64,000 bases of DNA from Stegostoma tigrinum. Taxonomy: Eukaryota. The stretch is from positions 16,734,589 to 16,798,588 of the forward strand of contig NC_081362.1 in the NCBI RefSeq assembly GCF_030684315.1, given 5' to 3'. Shown here one piece after another: positions 25,091-39,319 of this stretch (the stretch's first letter is position 1; each line of letters begins with the position of its first letter). Both the position numbers and the translations under genes were made by a program. The notes under the pieces were generated by a model that was not told where the DNA came from, did no database searches, and worked only from the letters and a program-made list of their open reading frames with translations.

Positions 25091-28061
25091 TTGCTTGATT
25101 AAGGTATTTTCAATGTTTGGTGAAAACCCAAAAGCCTAGAACAGAATTGTTTCTTGTATTAAACAGTCTCTATGAATTCTTTAGTACCATTTAGTCAACA
25201 TGTAAATTAATGTAGATATAGCTAGAGCATTAGAGTTCAGACAATTCGACCTTGATATTAACCATCCCATAGCAAGTATGAGCTGGTATTGATGCATAGC
25301 TAAAAACTGTAAAACCAAAGACAACATAGTAGGGCCCTGGAAATAATGGCACTGAACTTGCAGCCCATTCCTATCTGCTGCTATTTGCTCAGTAACTTCA
25401 CAAGGGCAAGGAAAGGGGAGTGTTTAAATCTATGTCCTGTAATAATAGAATCCCAAAACATTTCCCTTAAGCAAATGTGGAAGTGCTGGATATTCTAGTA
25501 TGACTGCTCTGATTTGTGACCTGTCTTATAAGGTGCTGTTTCTATACTTGTGCTTTGGAGGAATAGAGTGAATGCTGATGTTTCTCAGGAGTGCTGTCCT
25601 ACTTCCACTCTTTCCTGCAGAGTCCAGGCATTTAGAATCTAGAAAAAGAGAAAAGGAACAAAGTTCAGCACTGCATGGAAGTTCTAGGTAATGATGGAGT
25701 ATTATAATTGCTTAAAGATAGAGAAAAAGTGCATGCAATAAGCAAGCACCCCACTGATCATAGCCTCCAATCTTGCCACATCCAATAATCATTGATATGC
25801 CTACCGCAGTTATTTCCCTCGCTTGTTCCTACAACTGGGTGTCAGCCTATTTTTTTAAAAAGGCAGAGCCTTCCTCTGCTCTAATTCACCCCAGTTTCTA
25901 AGAGTTGTATTCTCATGCAGAACCAGTGGCAATGAGTTAGTGCATGGCTATCAGAAATATTATTAGAATACACTAGACAGCATTGTCTTGTGTGAGAGAT
26001 GGGGGAAGACATGATGTGAGCAGGCTGATGAGGAGATGGCATATAAGAAAGTGGCTGTACTGTGAAATGTAGCTAGCAGTGTGATTAGACTGTAATTAGT
26101 ACAGTGGAGAAGCAAGTGGAGCAAAGGAAGGAAGTACTATTGGCAATTATTTAAGCAGAGAAAATGCAATAGGAATATATCACTCGGCGTTGCTGTTCAC
26201 TTGTGGTATTGAGCCCACATCCTTAGACATGCTATTGTCTGCTGTCTCACTCCAGCTGTTTCAGCATCTTCCTGCTACATAAGGGAAAACTGTGTCCTCA
26301 ACTTTGCCACAAGCATCGACTTACGTGCTTTTGCCTAAACATTTTCTCCCTAGGTACTTCCCAAGTAGCAGTCCAGATTTGCACAAAGATGCCTGTCCTT
26401 AAGAGGTGTGTTCACACTAAATGGGTGCTGAACCTCTGGAAAATCCTGCCCTTGAAGCAGGCAGAGTGCCCATCACCACTCGAAACATATAGACAAGCCT
26501 GCAATGAAATATGTTCCTCACAGATGACATTGGGATGGCAGCCCAGTCACCCACTCAAAGCTTGTCCTTGGAAAAAAATGAATTTCAACATCAAAAAGGA
26601 ACAGTGTCCTGTGCAAGTACTGCCAGTGGGTAGTGGACTTTGGCAAGGTGCAGCAACACTAGTCAAGTTTCACAGTCTTCTGAATCATCATTTCTTGGAC
26701 CAGAGATGGAAAGCCTCTGATGCCGCTCTCTCTACTGTCAAGTGTGAAGAATCCAAACTGCCATTTGGTCCTGACTTTGGCATCCTAATGCTCATCAGAT
26801 AATCCAGCTTGCTTCAGTTTTAGTGAAAATGTGTGAATATCTAACTTGATTTCTTATATACATAGGAATGGAAAGCTACAAAATGATATTTCGGTGCTGG
26901 ATATTCCCAGACTTGTGTTGTATGCATGACTCCCTGCACAAAATATCTTGTGGAACACGGCACAAGATCTATGAATAAACTGTATCTGACTTTTATTTCG
27001 AAATCCTGTTTTAAACAACATTTTTGAATATAGACTAATTATCTTGAAGGTTATCTCTACGCATGTCTGACTCTTAGGAATATCAGCTTAAACTCAAAAG
27101 TATGCCTTTACAGTGTATTACTATGACTAAGCCAAGTAACACAAACAGTTAAACCCTTTCTGAAGCAATACAGTATTTTTATTGAATTCACTGGGCAAGA
27201 TTTTCGCACCACGGGGTGGCACAGATTAAGTCAGTGATACAGATGGCGTAGCCATCCATGAGCAATCTTTCATTCCCTTGGGTCAAAATTAAGTGCAGAC
27301 TGTTCTACTAGAGCAGCAGGATGCCATTTCCATCTTAGAACAAGGAACATGGTTTGCTGCTTTTTGTACTTCCTTTGTCACTATCCTTGAATTTAGATTT
27401 CTGTTCTGCTAATAGATTTGCAGTCCAAGTTGAAATAGTCTTCATTTGAAGAGACCTCTATGGGGCACCTAGGGGAACTGAAGATGTTTAATTTTTTAAC
27501 ACTGACAAACTAGCCTAATCCCAAGTAAGTAAGCAACCTTCTAGTTGATAAGTTAGAACATAGAACATAGAAAGTACAGCACAGTACAGGCCCTTTAGCC
27601 CACGATGTTGTGCCATGGAATAATCCTAAAAATGAAACATTTTTATAAAGTCTCAATTACGGTCACTTTGTACAGAAACTGCCTCATTTCAATTCATCCT
27701 TCCAACAATTACTCCTTCCTCCAACTTTATGTTACAAGAATTCTTGGATTTTTTTCAGTTGGATAATGTGATGGTGAGTCACTGAAACATGTTCGTGCAA
27801 AGTTTCTGATGTTCTTTAACCATAAAACAGGAGGTTATGAAAGCCATACATATGAGACAATTGGAAAGATCTTAATACAAACAGAAAAACAAAGATTTCG
27901 CTCCCCCCCCCCCCTCCCAGCTTCTCCTCTTTGGATTGTGACTTTGAGTCTGTTGGCATACACTTTTCACAATTCTAGCGACCTAAATTTTCACTTATAG
28001 TAACTTGAAGATTTTTATCCAAATTCCTCTGGCTCAGAACCTCCAGAAAACACCCAGGTAT

Positions 28062-28190
28062 CTGATGAAGGCCATCTAGACTCGAAACATTAGCTTGCTG
28101 TCTGTCCATGGATGTGGCCTGACCTACTGTGATCTCTAACACTTCTTGTTTTCAGTTCAGATTCAAGTATTTGCAGTAATTTGCTCCTAA
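28062..28190 (+). mobile_element. Penelope-type tail with hammerhead-like motif (variant subfamily)
   Basis: CTGATGA-aggccatctagactc-GAAACATT followed by the family tail. Confidence 0.65.
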
Positions 28191-28615
28191 CTGGGTATTG
28201 ATAACTGGTTCCGCAGGACCAACAGCTGGATTCTGCTGCAAGGAGAAGCTGTTCTTGTTTCTGAACTGAACTCCTAGTTCTTCTGAACTGAGACCTTGAA
28301 CCTTCTGTTCTAAATTCAAAGCTAATCTAATGGCTTTCTGGTCTGTTGTAAGTTCAGCAATACACACATTACATCTAATGGGGTTCTTCCAGGCACTTGA
28401 CTACAATCATATGCTTGGAATTGATGCACTCAAGTCACTGTTTCAAATAAATTTGTGATCTGCTTTAAAAAATTACTTCACAGAACTAACCTATATGCAT
28501 CTGCCACATTTATGTTTTGTGATTTGGATTTAAAATGCATAACGCACCTTCATTACATGCTGTTTAAGGAACATTGTGGAAGCTTGGACTAAACATGCTA
28601 AATTCTGTGCGCGTT

Positions 28616-28945
28616 CTATAGAGTCCCTGCAGTGTGGAAGCAAGCCATTCGGCCCAAAATGTCCATACTGACCCTCCAAACAGCATCCTACCCTGTCTGA
28701 TCTCCTTACCCTTTCCTTGTAACCCTACATTCCCCACGGTTAACACATCTAACCTATACATCCCTGGCACTATGGGAAATTTAGTGTGGATAGTCAATCT
28801 AACCTGCCCATCTTTGAACTGTGGGAGGAAACTGGAGTACCCGGAGGAAACCCACGCAGACATGGGGAGAGCGTGCAAACCCCATACAGACAGTGACCGG
28901 AAGATGTGAGACAGCAGTGCTACCCGCTGAGCCATTTTGCTGCCG
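28616..28945 (-). mobile_element. HE1-type SINE
   Basis: Reverse complement of the head (cagcagtgctacccgctgagcca) and core (ggaaactggagtacccggaggaaacccacgca). Confidence 0.9.
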
Positions 28946-29572
28946 CTGTTCATTTTGATTATTTAGGAAGATTAATATAGCTGATTTTCTAAAAATGCAG
29001 GAACAAATGGAACAACATTCTATTTAGGAGAACTAAAACAAAAAAAAATTGGACAAGCCTGCTTCAGGGAATACTGGCAAGTCTGCTGTAGAGTAGTAAA
29101 GCATAAAATAGGAAAAGCATGTATATCTGTGAAATCAAGGAAAGCATAGGAGAGTGTTCCCTCTCTCCAAGTACAGATATTCCCCAGAGAATTTGCCGAA
29201 ATAAAGCAAGGATACTTAAATGTTTTGAGAGAAGTAGCATTTGTATTTTATAGTATAAAGATCAGTATTATACAAAAAACAATAATGATGAACTCACAAC
29301 TAAAGTGTTCACTACATGTCATCTGGTTTAATTTTTAGACAATTCTGAAATTAATCTCCCAACTCCAGTTAATGTGGAAAGAGATTGGCTCTTTTTTGAA
29401 ATGTCTCGACAGCACATTTTCTATTTGTTCTTCATTCAGTAGCTGTGGTCCCTGCAGCAGTACAGGTTGTGATTCATGTAACTGCATGAATGTCCACACC
29501 TCTCAATTACCTCTTGATCAGATAATGAATATTGCTCCAATGCTTTATGCCAGTTTCAAAACTTTCAGTTTA

Positions 29573-30755
29573 CAGGTTCCAACCACCACCTCTTTACCGT
29601 GGATGTGCAATCCCTTTACACGTCCATTCCCCACCAGGAGGGTCTTTGGGCTATCCCTTTCTTCCTGGAGCAAAGACCTGAACCGTCCCCACCCACCATC
29701 ACCTTCCTCCACTTGGCCAAGCTCGTCCGCACTGTCAACAACTTCTCTTTTAATGCCCCTCAATTTCTGAGGGGTGGCCTTGGGCCCCGGTTATGCCTGT
29801 ATCTTCATGGGGTACGTGGAACATTCCTTGTCCCAGTCCTATTCCAGCCCCCACCCACAATTCTTTCTTTGATATATCGATGCTATCATTGGCGCTGCTT
29901 CCCTGTCTCATCCGGAATTGGAAAAATTCATCGAATACTCCTCCAATTTCCACCCTGCCCTCACTTTCACCTGGTCTATCTCTGACTCCTCCCTTCCCTT
30001 CCTCAACATCTCTGTGACACTCTGGTCCACTCTTCCACCACCCTCAACATCTCCCCACATCCCCACAGCACCTTCCTCTGCAACCAGCGACCATGCAACA
30101 CCTGCCTATTTACCCGCACTTCCCAGAATCTAGTCTGCTGCATTCACTGCTCACAATGTAGTCTCCACAACATTGGGGGAACTACGCTTAGACTGTGTAA
30201 CCACTTCACAGAACATCTATGTTCTGCTGACAAAAAAGACCCTGAACTACCTGTTGCCTGCCACTTTAACACACCACCCTGTTCCCTGGACAACATCTCT
30301 GTCTCTGGCTTACTGTAGTGTTTCAGCAAGCTGGAAGAACAGCACCCATTTTCTGGGGACCCAGCAGCCCTCCAGACTCAATATCGACTTCAATAATCTT
30401 AGGGCCTAAACTCTCCCATCCCAGCCCCCTACCACACATGCCAGGTCTTGTTATCACTTAGCCTGCCACTACACACTACTTATTGTTAGTCTCTAACAGT
30501 CGCCATTAACAACTATTCCCAGCCAGATCGTTATCAACTCCTTTGTCTATCCAACTGCTCTTCTCTCTCTTCAGGCTCTATCCAATAATTTACTCCCTAC
30601 CCCATCCCCCTCCCTGTTTTCTGCATATAAACCAATGTTTTCCCAGCTACCATCAGTTCTGAAGAAGGAGACCAGACACGAAATGCTAACTCTGAATTCT
30701 TCTTCACAGGTGCTGCCAGACCTGCTGAGCTGTTCCAGCAACTTCTGTTTTTGTT
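29573..30755 (+). mobile_element. Degraded Penelope-like element: RT, GIY-YIG and 3' end with decayed hammerhead (~30659)
   Basis: DVQSLYTSIPHQEGL (RT motif A), NNFSFN, NFHPALTFTWSIS...LPFL; GIY-YIG remnant at 30130-30409. Confidence 0.9.
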
Positions 30756-31202
30756 GTTGTTGTTACTGTTAATGAATATTGTATTATGTGCACATATGTG
30801 CTTTGTTTTGGTCATTTGCTAGTGGATTTGAGAACAAATGTTAGTAATGTGAGTTAAAGTTTTCAAGACTATTTGTCTCATCTTGCTGTTTCCTATTAGA
30901 ACTGGGAGACCCACTTACAGAGCAGTTGGACTGTTTACTCCACAAAAGTCTTCATGTAAAACTGGAATGTATATGATTATTGAGCATTTCCAGAACTTAT
31001 TGTGTACCAAATGCACATTTTAATGGAGGGAAAATACAAGAATGGTTCATTTTGTATACTTATATTCAAGTTTTATAATGATGTGTGGAAAGATCGATTT
31101 GAGCAAGTGATATGATATTGCTTAGAATTTTCAAATAAGCAAAAAGCCAAATATTATCGCGATCATATTGAGTGTATATATATTTTTCTTTGTTTTCCAC
31201 AG

Positions 31203-31309
31203 CGGGCATTCAAAGCTGCATAAAGGACAGATTTTGTTGAACTCTGATCTGGAGCTAGATGAATCTATTTTGGAGAAATTTGCATTTTCAAATGCACTTT
31301 CCCTGTCAG
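31203..31309 (+). CDS. RMND1: RMND1 coding exon: [35 protein letters not shown]
   Basis: cacag|C...TCAG|gtgag, 107 nt; [11 protein letters not shown] motif; lies inside track ORF 31168..31425. Confidence 0.97.
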
Positions 31310-31641
31310 GTGAGACTCAAAGATGTGAAAGAACTTCAGATCCTGTACATTTTTCTCATTATATCCTCACAATTATTGTACATAATCATTTTTCAATGCA
31401 TCACCAATATTCAACCATTTTTTAAAATTGATGTACCATTGAGCCGTCATATTAATGATCGTCCTCAGGTGTAATGATTTGTATTTTCTCCCCCAAGATT
31501 CTTTTGTGTAATTAAAATTAAAATCATTTTGCATTGTGTGTGTTTTGGTAGATTTCCTTTGTTGTTGCGAATAGGGTAGAATGCTGGAAATCAAGTATCA
31601 ATACACTCTCAGTTATCTCAAAAGTTAAAGCTTTTGTTTAA

Positions 31642-31952
31642 GCATGATGGCTCAGTGGTTAGCACTGTTGCCTCATAGCACCAGGGACCCGGGTTCAGTT
31701 CCACCCTGGGGTGACTGTCAGTGTGGGGTTTGTATGTTCTCCCCGTCTGTGTGGATTTTCTCCTGGTGCTCCGGTTCCCTCCCACGATCCAAAGACGCGC
31801 ATGCCACGTGAATTGGCCATGCTTAATTGCACGTAGTGTTCAGGGACGTGTAGATTAGTTTGGTTATAGGGGATGGGTCAGGATGGGATGCACTGAGGGT
31901 CAATGTGGACTTATTGGGCCTAAGGGCCTGTTTCCACACTGTAAGAGATTCT
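31642..31952 (+). mobile_element. HE1-type SINE
   Basis: tggctcagtggttagcactgttgcctcatagcaccagggacccgggttc head and family tail. Confidence 0.9.
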
Positions 31953-32687
31953 TTTCTGTTCTGTTCAAATGCAGAATTCACCAATTTACCAGGCTTCTAG
32001 GTCCAGGTTGATAGAAAACATGGACCAGGCTTCTGTACTAACAAGAATTACTATGTATTACAAGTAACTAGAGCCTAGCTGTAGGTAAACAGTTACGGAT
32101 CATCGGTGTGTAACTCTACTAAATAAAATTCCAATCCCCTTAAAAAGTCCACTTAAAACATTTTGGACAAGGGTAAAAACAAATGAGAATATTATCCATG
32201 GAGAGAAAATTGGGAAAGCATTTCAGTAGTCTTTGTTCACAGGATCTTTTGAATTGATTCTTGGACTGATCAGAAGATTGCTTTTTTTTGGCTTTAGTTT
32301 TCCAGGTGCCCCTGCTGGTTTGCAAGATATACAGGGTGGCTGGTTCACTGATTAAAGGTCTCTGATTTAGCGACTGAATGGGTTTTCATCAGGCTTGAAG
32401 TGGCTTGTTGCAGAGAACAGAGTCCATGGGCTACTGGAGACCTGATGGCTCTGCTATATCTTGTCCACAGCCCCAAACTATTCAGGTACCTGTCAATCAA
32501 TCACAAAACTGACAGGCAAAAAATGTTTGTCAATGGTAACTGGCCATTAATTGTGAAATAGTTTGCTACTTGTTGCCAACCAATGCTCCATTTGTACACG
32601 ATCCTTCGGCTCCAATACGCCAGCAATCTTGTCCCACTACTGCTTAAACCAACAGTTGTGTACATGGTCACATTTTGCACATGTACG

Positions 32688-33433
32688 GCCTCCCTCCCCA
32701 GAATCCAAGGGCCCAAACATACCTTCCAGGTGAAGCAACACTTCACCTGTACTTCCAAGAATCTATTCTACTGCATTCGCTGCTCACAATGTGGTCTCCT
32801 CTACATTGGGGAAATGAAGCGTGGACTTGGCGACCGATTCACAGAACATCTATGTTCTGTTCTCAAAAAAGACCCTGAACTACCTGTTGCCTGCCACTTC
32901 AGTGCACTACCTCTGGCCAACATCTCTGTCTCCGGCTTGCTGCAGTGTTCCAGTGAAACCCAAGCTGGAGGAACAAAACCTCGTTTTCCGCTTGGGGACC
33001 CTACAGCCCTCCGGACTCAATACTGAATTCAATAATTTTAGGCCATAAATTCTCCCATGACCCAGCCCCCCATCCCAAACACCAGGCCTTGTTACCACAT
33101 AGCCTGCCACTACACACCCCCTGTTGTTAGTCACTTACAGCCCCCTTTAACAACTACTCACCCTCCCAGCCTGATCGTTAGCAACTGCTTTGTCTGTCCA
33201 ACCATCTTTCTCTCTCTTTGGGCTCTATCCTATCGTTTACTCCCACCCCAGCCACCTCCCTATTTTCTGCATATAAACTAACGTTTTCCCAGCCACCATC
33301 AGTTCTGAGGAAGGGTCACCAGACCCAAAACGTTAACTTTGTTTTCTCCTCCACTGATGCTGCCAGACCTGCTGAGCTTTTCCAGCAACTTTGTTTCCTG
33401 ATTTACAGCATCCGCAGTTCTTTTGGTTTTTAA
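32688..33433 (+). mobile_element. 5'-truncated Penelope-like element (GIY-YIG plus 3' end); hammerhead at 33305-33334 with GAAA>AAAA change
   Basis: NLFYCIRCSQCGLLYIGEMKRGLGDRFTEH in track ORF 32583..33026. Confidence 0.92.
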
Positions 33434-34094
33434 TTAGTTGCGCATATAATATTTACAATGAGTATCAGGTGCATGCTTTCAAGATTATGTCGCTATCCTT
33501 GAAATTCCTGGTTTTTAAAACAGTTCTTTTTATCTTTCCAGCCCACAATTGAGTAAACACAAAAATGACACAGTCTTTACATTATATAGAGAGAAGTTCC
33601 AGCTCATTTACAGAACAGCTGGATCCTAATCTTTTTCACTCACTCTTAGCAATGTAAATACGTTTTTCTGGTATTAACTGTGTAGTTTGTTAACGATGTC
33701 ACTTTTAGTAGGCTGAAAGTGGGGCTTAAGATCAAGCTAAGTTGATGGGGGGTGGGAAGGTTGCCTTCTCTGAAAGATACTAGTCAGTCACTCAATAAAA
33801 GTTGGGCAGCTTCCCAACTGTTTTCTGGGACTACCCCAAAGTTATCATATCTTTCGAATTTAGTTTGACTTATTGTCATTTTGCAATTTTAAAGTTTTAA
33901 TAGTATTACAAATGCATTGTTTATGACATGAAATAGTATTGATGTTACAGGATGACAAAGTCCAATTCAGCATCAGCTATTACATAGGAAATCTATGCAC
34001 AATGTAGCTTTTTAATTTTTTTAAACTCACATTTCATCCAAGTTATTAAAATCTTTGGTGATTTTAAAAGTTTCTAATTTTATCTTGATTGCAG

Positions 34095-34159
34095 TAAAAC
34101 TTGCTATCTGGGAGGTGTCATTGGATAACTTTGTTGAGTCCATTCAGTTCATTCCTGAG
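34095..34159 (+). CDS. RMND1: RMND1 coding exon: (V)KLAIWEVSLDNFVESIQFIPE
   Basis: tgcag|TA...GAG|gtgag, 65 nt; VKLAIWE motif. Confidence 0.97.
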
Positions 34160-35563
34160 GTGAGTAATGTAGCATTTTCCTTCATCAGATCGTCAAGCAT
34201 GTCTTACCTGGATCTTGAAATAAAAATAAACCAAATAAAGTTCGGTTATGATTGGAATATAAATGAAATAGATGCGAAAGCCTGTTAGCTACCATGGTTT
34301 CCACCTTGATTTGTTGGCATTACCTAGAATTTATTAAATATGACTCCAGTTTTATTAATTTATCCTTCACCTTCAAAGTATTTCACAGCTTCCTCAGTAA
34401 TTCAGTGAACAAGTCCATTGCCATGTAATACAGGGGATAGGCTCGATTCTTGGTCATTCCTGAATTGGTCAGTCTCCACCATGGAGATCAATTACAATTG
34501 ATCTTCATGAATACACGCTGATAAGGACAAAATGAGACAGCACTGTAGGCATAGCCAGGTCGTAGCAGTTCAAGGAGATCGCTTGCCAAGGGCAGTTGGG
34601 AATGAGCAACTCATGCCAACCTCACCAGTGATGCTTTCATGAAAGAACTTAAAAAAAAACTTGCTTTGCACAATGGAAGAGATCAAAAAGACTCTGTCAG
34701 GGCAGCAGGAAGACCATGAATCTATTCAGCAAAGCCAGGAAGCTGTAGTTGCAGCTGTTAGAAATTTGGGAGTGACCAGGAATTGGCAACCCTATGATGC
34801 AGGACAATGAGGGAGAAAGTAAAGAAGGTGAGGGGATAGTTCAGAAAAAGAAGAAGTAAATGGAAAAAGAGGTGCAACCTCCAGGATTGAGCAAGAAACC
34901 CCCTTCCAACATAATTTCACTACACAATTATGTGTGTTGGGAAGATGGGAATATTTTGATACATGGAATGAGCAAGACACCCTTACATCGTACAACATGA
35001 AGATAGAGCAGAAATCCACTCACCATTTAAATCATACTAAATGCACTTTTTAGAAATCATTTATGTATTACACAGAGCAAATCATCTTTCTCTGTGAAGA
35101 TCTGGACAAGAATATAGGTCTACCTTAATTTGAGGCCGGCTGTTTTCTAGTAATGAGAAACAGCCCATTCCCCTCGTTTGATTGTCACTCATCTCTACTG
35201 TATCTCCTGTGCTACATTGTATGATAGATCAAATTAATGAGGATTATTATTAAAAGAAAAGCATTGGCTTAAGAGACATTGTGCCTCGGCCCCAAATTTC
35301 TTGAGCTTTGTGAGACCTAATTCTGAACTCCAGATATGAGCATTACTTTTTGTCAATTTAAAAGAAATGAGTGCCATTAAATAAAACTAGGTATAGTTAA
35401 GGACAGCCCAATTTCACCCAACATGTCAAGCTAGCATGTTAATCTGTGCTTTTTTACTGAAACCTATGTATGTACAGTATTTGTAAACTTGACTAGTTCT
35501 GATAGTCAGATTCATACCTTCAAAAGTTCACATGTCATCACAGCATTCTGCCTTTTTATTCAG

Positions 35564-35640
35564 ATGCTGAAATCAGGAAAACAAGTGAAACTTACACGTT
35601 CTGAAGTCATGCAGAAAATTGGTGAGCTGTTTGCCTTGAG
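35564..35640 (+). CDS. RMND1: RMND1 coding exon: MLKSGKQVKLTRSEVMQKIGELFAL(R)
   Basis: ttcag|ATG...AG|gtaaa, 77 nt; EVMQKIGELFALR motif. Confidence 0.97.
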
Positions 35641-36231
35641 GTAAAAATTTACTTCAGAAAATCGACCACTTAATAGATGTGAGCTCCATATCTAATTCTT
35701 TGTTTCTAAGTAAAGCAGTAGGAACTCAAGGATCACAAAGACAACATTAACATTGTATTGATAATAACATAATTTACCAAGAAGCATTTGGTGGCCATAT
35801 TCCTGCAACATCCTTGATTTTAATTATCCCATCATTGCTGACTATACCATCACCATGGTCCTCTCTTTCCCCCATAAAATCTACCTTGGCCACATTTCAT
35901 CAGGTGCAAGTTTATCTGTGTGTTGCTTTTTGATAATTACCATTAAGATCCATGCATTCAAACCAGACTACAGGGAAGTAAGCTAATAAGAGAAATCATT
36001 AGGTTAGGTATTAAATCTTCTAAGCATCCTGCAGAGATAACAACAAACCAGCCTGTATCATAAAGAACATTTTTCAGAAATTTGGCAAGGTTAAACATTT
36101 GAAGTATGATGGGAATCCAAAATGGGGAGAATGATGTATGATAGCTGCCTATAATCTATGAACCAAAACACACACAGATACAGGTAGTAGAATTTTTTTT
36201 CAGATTAAGGAATCTTATTATCTCTTTTAAA

Positions 36232-36366
36232 AAAAAACCCGAAGAACTATAGATGCTGGAAATCAGAAACAAAAACAAATTGATGGAAAAGTTAAGCGGA
36301 TCTGGCAGCATCTGTGGAGAGAAAGCACAGTTAATGTTTCGGGTCCAGTGACCCTTCTTCAGAACA
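36232..36366 (-). mobile_element. Penelope-derived mini element with hammerhead motif (36329-36365)
   Basis: Minus strand: gtt-CTGAAGA-a-gggtc-actg-gaccc-GAAACATT-aac; stems I and II pair. Confidence 0.82.
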
Positions 36367-36515
36367 GATTATTATAACTTTGTCTTTTTCTCTGCATATT
36401 CTCTTTTCCTATATAAATAATAGTACCAAAATGTTTTGTGAGTATTAACCTAAGAGTTCAGCACCTCATACAGCACTAATCCGCCTGATGTTTTCCGAAA
36501 TTTGTTCTCTTTCAG

Positions 36516-36636
36516 ACATCGTATAAATTTGAGTTCCGATCTCCTGATGACCCCAGATTTTTACTGGGACAGAGAAAACCTGGAACAGCTCTATGACAAA
36601 ACTTGTCAATTTCTGAATATTAACCGACGTGTAAAG
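36516..36636 (+). CDS. RMND1: RMND1 coding exon: [40 protein letters not shown]
   Basis: ttcag|A...AAG|gtatg, 121 nt; [12 protein letters not shown] motif. Confidence 0.98.
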
Positions 36637-38011
36637 GTATGTGTTGTCCTAGGAAATAGTGACAAGCTAAAATCTGTACATGTAATAAGTTTAGAAGTAA
36701 CTGTGTTATCAATGGGAAAGCTGCACAGTTAGGCTGTAGATGTCCTAAGCTGCATTTCCATGTCTCAGAAGTGAATTAGAAGTACCGATAAACTACATTT
36801 TTATACAAAGATAACTGAAAATGTTCTATTTCGTGAATGTGACAATATTTATTAGCAAATGATGTTTGTGCGAGGCAGACCCTTGTATTTGCATAAATAA
36901 CTTATTGGGAAATCTAAAGTGACTAGCAAAGAAAGCATCACATCTAAAGAAAATCTAACCACATGGTCTAGAAAGGTTCAAATTGCTATTTGAACTGTAT
37001 TTAGGCTTTTGTGATTGGAGAATCTATTGTATATGTATCAAATATGTATTATTTACTATTTGCATCTCATGCACACAATTGTAGAAGAGACTAATCCAGC
37101 CTATTATATACCATACCCAGGAGTTTCAGCTAAAAATTTTTTTGAATCACATGTGGAATTCTTCCTGCAATTACAATTAAGGAATTTTATTAACATTAAA
37201 CATAATTTCATATTGTACATGGAAAGCATAGATATGACACAACCAAAGATTATTTATTTGCTGTCAACTTGATTTTTCATTTATCTCAATAGGATGACCT
37301 GCAACTGAAAGCAGGTGCAAAGCAATTGGAGCTCATTTCGTTATGACTATTTTCACAGATATTCAAAATGTTATTATTATCATTATCGGCATTGTAATTG
37401 ATGATGTGTAAACTTTTCACAATACTCATTGAATATATTTGACAATAGAGGCTATTCTGGTCCACTATATTTTAACTAAAAGCTTTAGCACTTTAAACCA
37501 TATCTGTTCCATTGAATTACTCATCACTGAGTTCGAACATTTTTTTAATGCAGAAATTTCAGTACAGAAGCAGGGCACTAAGCCCAGAATTAGCTATTGT
37601 TTACACTGAATTTTCTAACTTTCTTCATTTCTTCTGAAGCACCTACCTTGGAAGAATTTCTGAGTCTGTCTGTATCATACATAGTTTTAAATATGCTAAA
37701 GTGCTTTTGGATGACATTAATCTCTGAAATAAAGAAACATAGAAAATAAGAGCAGGAGGAGGCCACTTGGGCCCTTCGAGCTGCTCTGCCATTCTTCACA
37801 ATCGTGGCTGATCATCCAACTCTATAGCCTAATCCTGCATTCTCCCCATAACCTTTGATGCCAGAATACATTCAGTATTTTGGCATAACTACTTCCTGTG
37901 GTAATGAACTCCACAGGCTCACCCCTCTCTAGGTGAAGAAATGTCTCCTCGTCTTGTTTTTCACTTTCTTGAGTGACTATTAGCGTCTTGTCATTCATCT
38001 GATGGATAACT

Positions 38012-38420
38012 CATAGAGTCATGGAGTTGTACAGCGTGGAAACAGACCCTTCGGTCTAACTCATCCATGCCAACAAGATATCCTAAATTAATCTAGTCCC
38101 ATTTGCCAGCATTTGGCCCATATCCCTCTAAACCCTTCCTATTCATGTAACCATCCAGATGCCTTTTAAATGTTGTAATTGTACCAGTCTTCACCACTTC
38201 CTCCGGCATCTCTCTCCATTACGTGCACCACCCTCTGCTTGAAAAAGTTGCCCCTTTGGTCCCTTTTGGATCCTTCCCCTTTCACTTCAAACCTACGCCC
38301 TCTAGTTTTGGACTCCCCTATCCTGGGAAAAATACCTGTGCCCCTCATGACCTTATGAATCTCTATAAGGTGACCTCTCAGCCACTCAGACTTCAGGGAG
38401 AACTGACCCAGCCTATACTC
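38012..38420 (-). mobile_element. CR1 3' end; related minus copies at 42640-43070 and 43780-44580, plus copy at 56130-56340
   Basis: catagagtcatggag...aacagacccttcgg tail; ESKTRGRRFEVKG in track ORF 38166..38348. Confidence 0.85.
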
Positions 38421-39319
38421 GGAACATTAATGTAGCTCCACATATCCCAGAGGATATAATTAGTGTGTTTGGAATGGTGGCATGGTTATTCAATGCACAT
38501 GGGTAAAAGTTATGATCTGGAGAAAGAGCATGAACATGATGGCTGCACAACACATGCTAGTTGCTCTTCAGTGGAAAGAATCTTAAAACTGCTTACTAAT
38601 GTGTTTATTTCATGCATGTGGAGATAGCAAATAGGGATCATTTGCACCACCATCCATTTCTAGCCTGGAAAGTTAAGTTGAGAGCAGTGGTGATCTTGAT
38701 TGTCAGTCGCACTACTGACCTCCAGTGGTGTGGGTTGACCTTGCTACAGATGACATGGCTCTACGAAGCCTTTCGAAGCAGTGTACTCAATCATTGCCAA
38801 GTAGGTTGCCAAGGTCTTCAGAGGTAGTTAGTGGCATAATGAACTCAGGAAGTGCAACTCTGATAACTGCTAATCTGTATGACCAGTCTTTAATCTTGTG
38901 TGACATCAACCATGAAACAATGTATTCGGGGGACTTTAAAAACTACCTTCATTATCATTTTACCTGTTTAGTCAATTCGCTTGTAATTTTGTTTTCCCCT
39001 AAGTTGCACTGGCAGTTTGTATGCTTGGAATTTCTTTTCACATTTCCTCATTTATCTTCCTTTGGTATTGCTGAATGCTGAATACTTCATCTGATAAGTT
39101 TCGTACTGGCAATTTTGCAGATCGTATTTACTTTTGTTTTCGTACATACACTCTTTCCTGTTCTAATGTCAAGAAAATCTAAGCAAAAATGAGCACAGAC
39201 ATAAAGATCAAAAAACCACCATCCCTTTGAGTTATACATTTCAATTGAAATTGCCCTTTCGCCAACTCCAGATGGGTAACTGCAGCACAATTTATATCAC
39301 AATAAGGCAAAACACTCAA

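Noticed and set aside
26100-26802. 137-aa ORF or possible Tx1/L1-like remnant on the minus strand
   Set aside because: No convincing protein motif on either strand; only a few bases of resemblance, not supportable by eye
34388-34630. Possible DeuSINE/AmnSINE-like relic
   Set aside because: Only vague head similarity (ggctcgattcttggtc...gaattggtcagtctc); too decayed to call without a profile search
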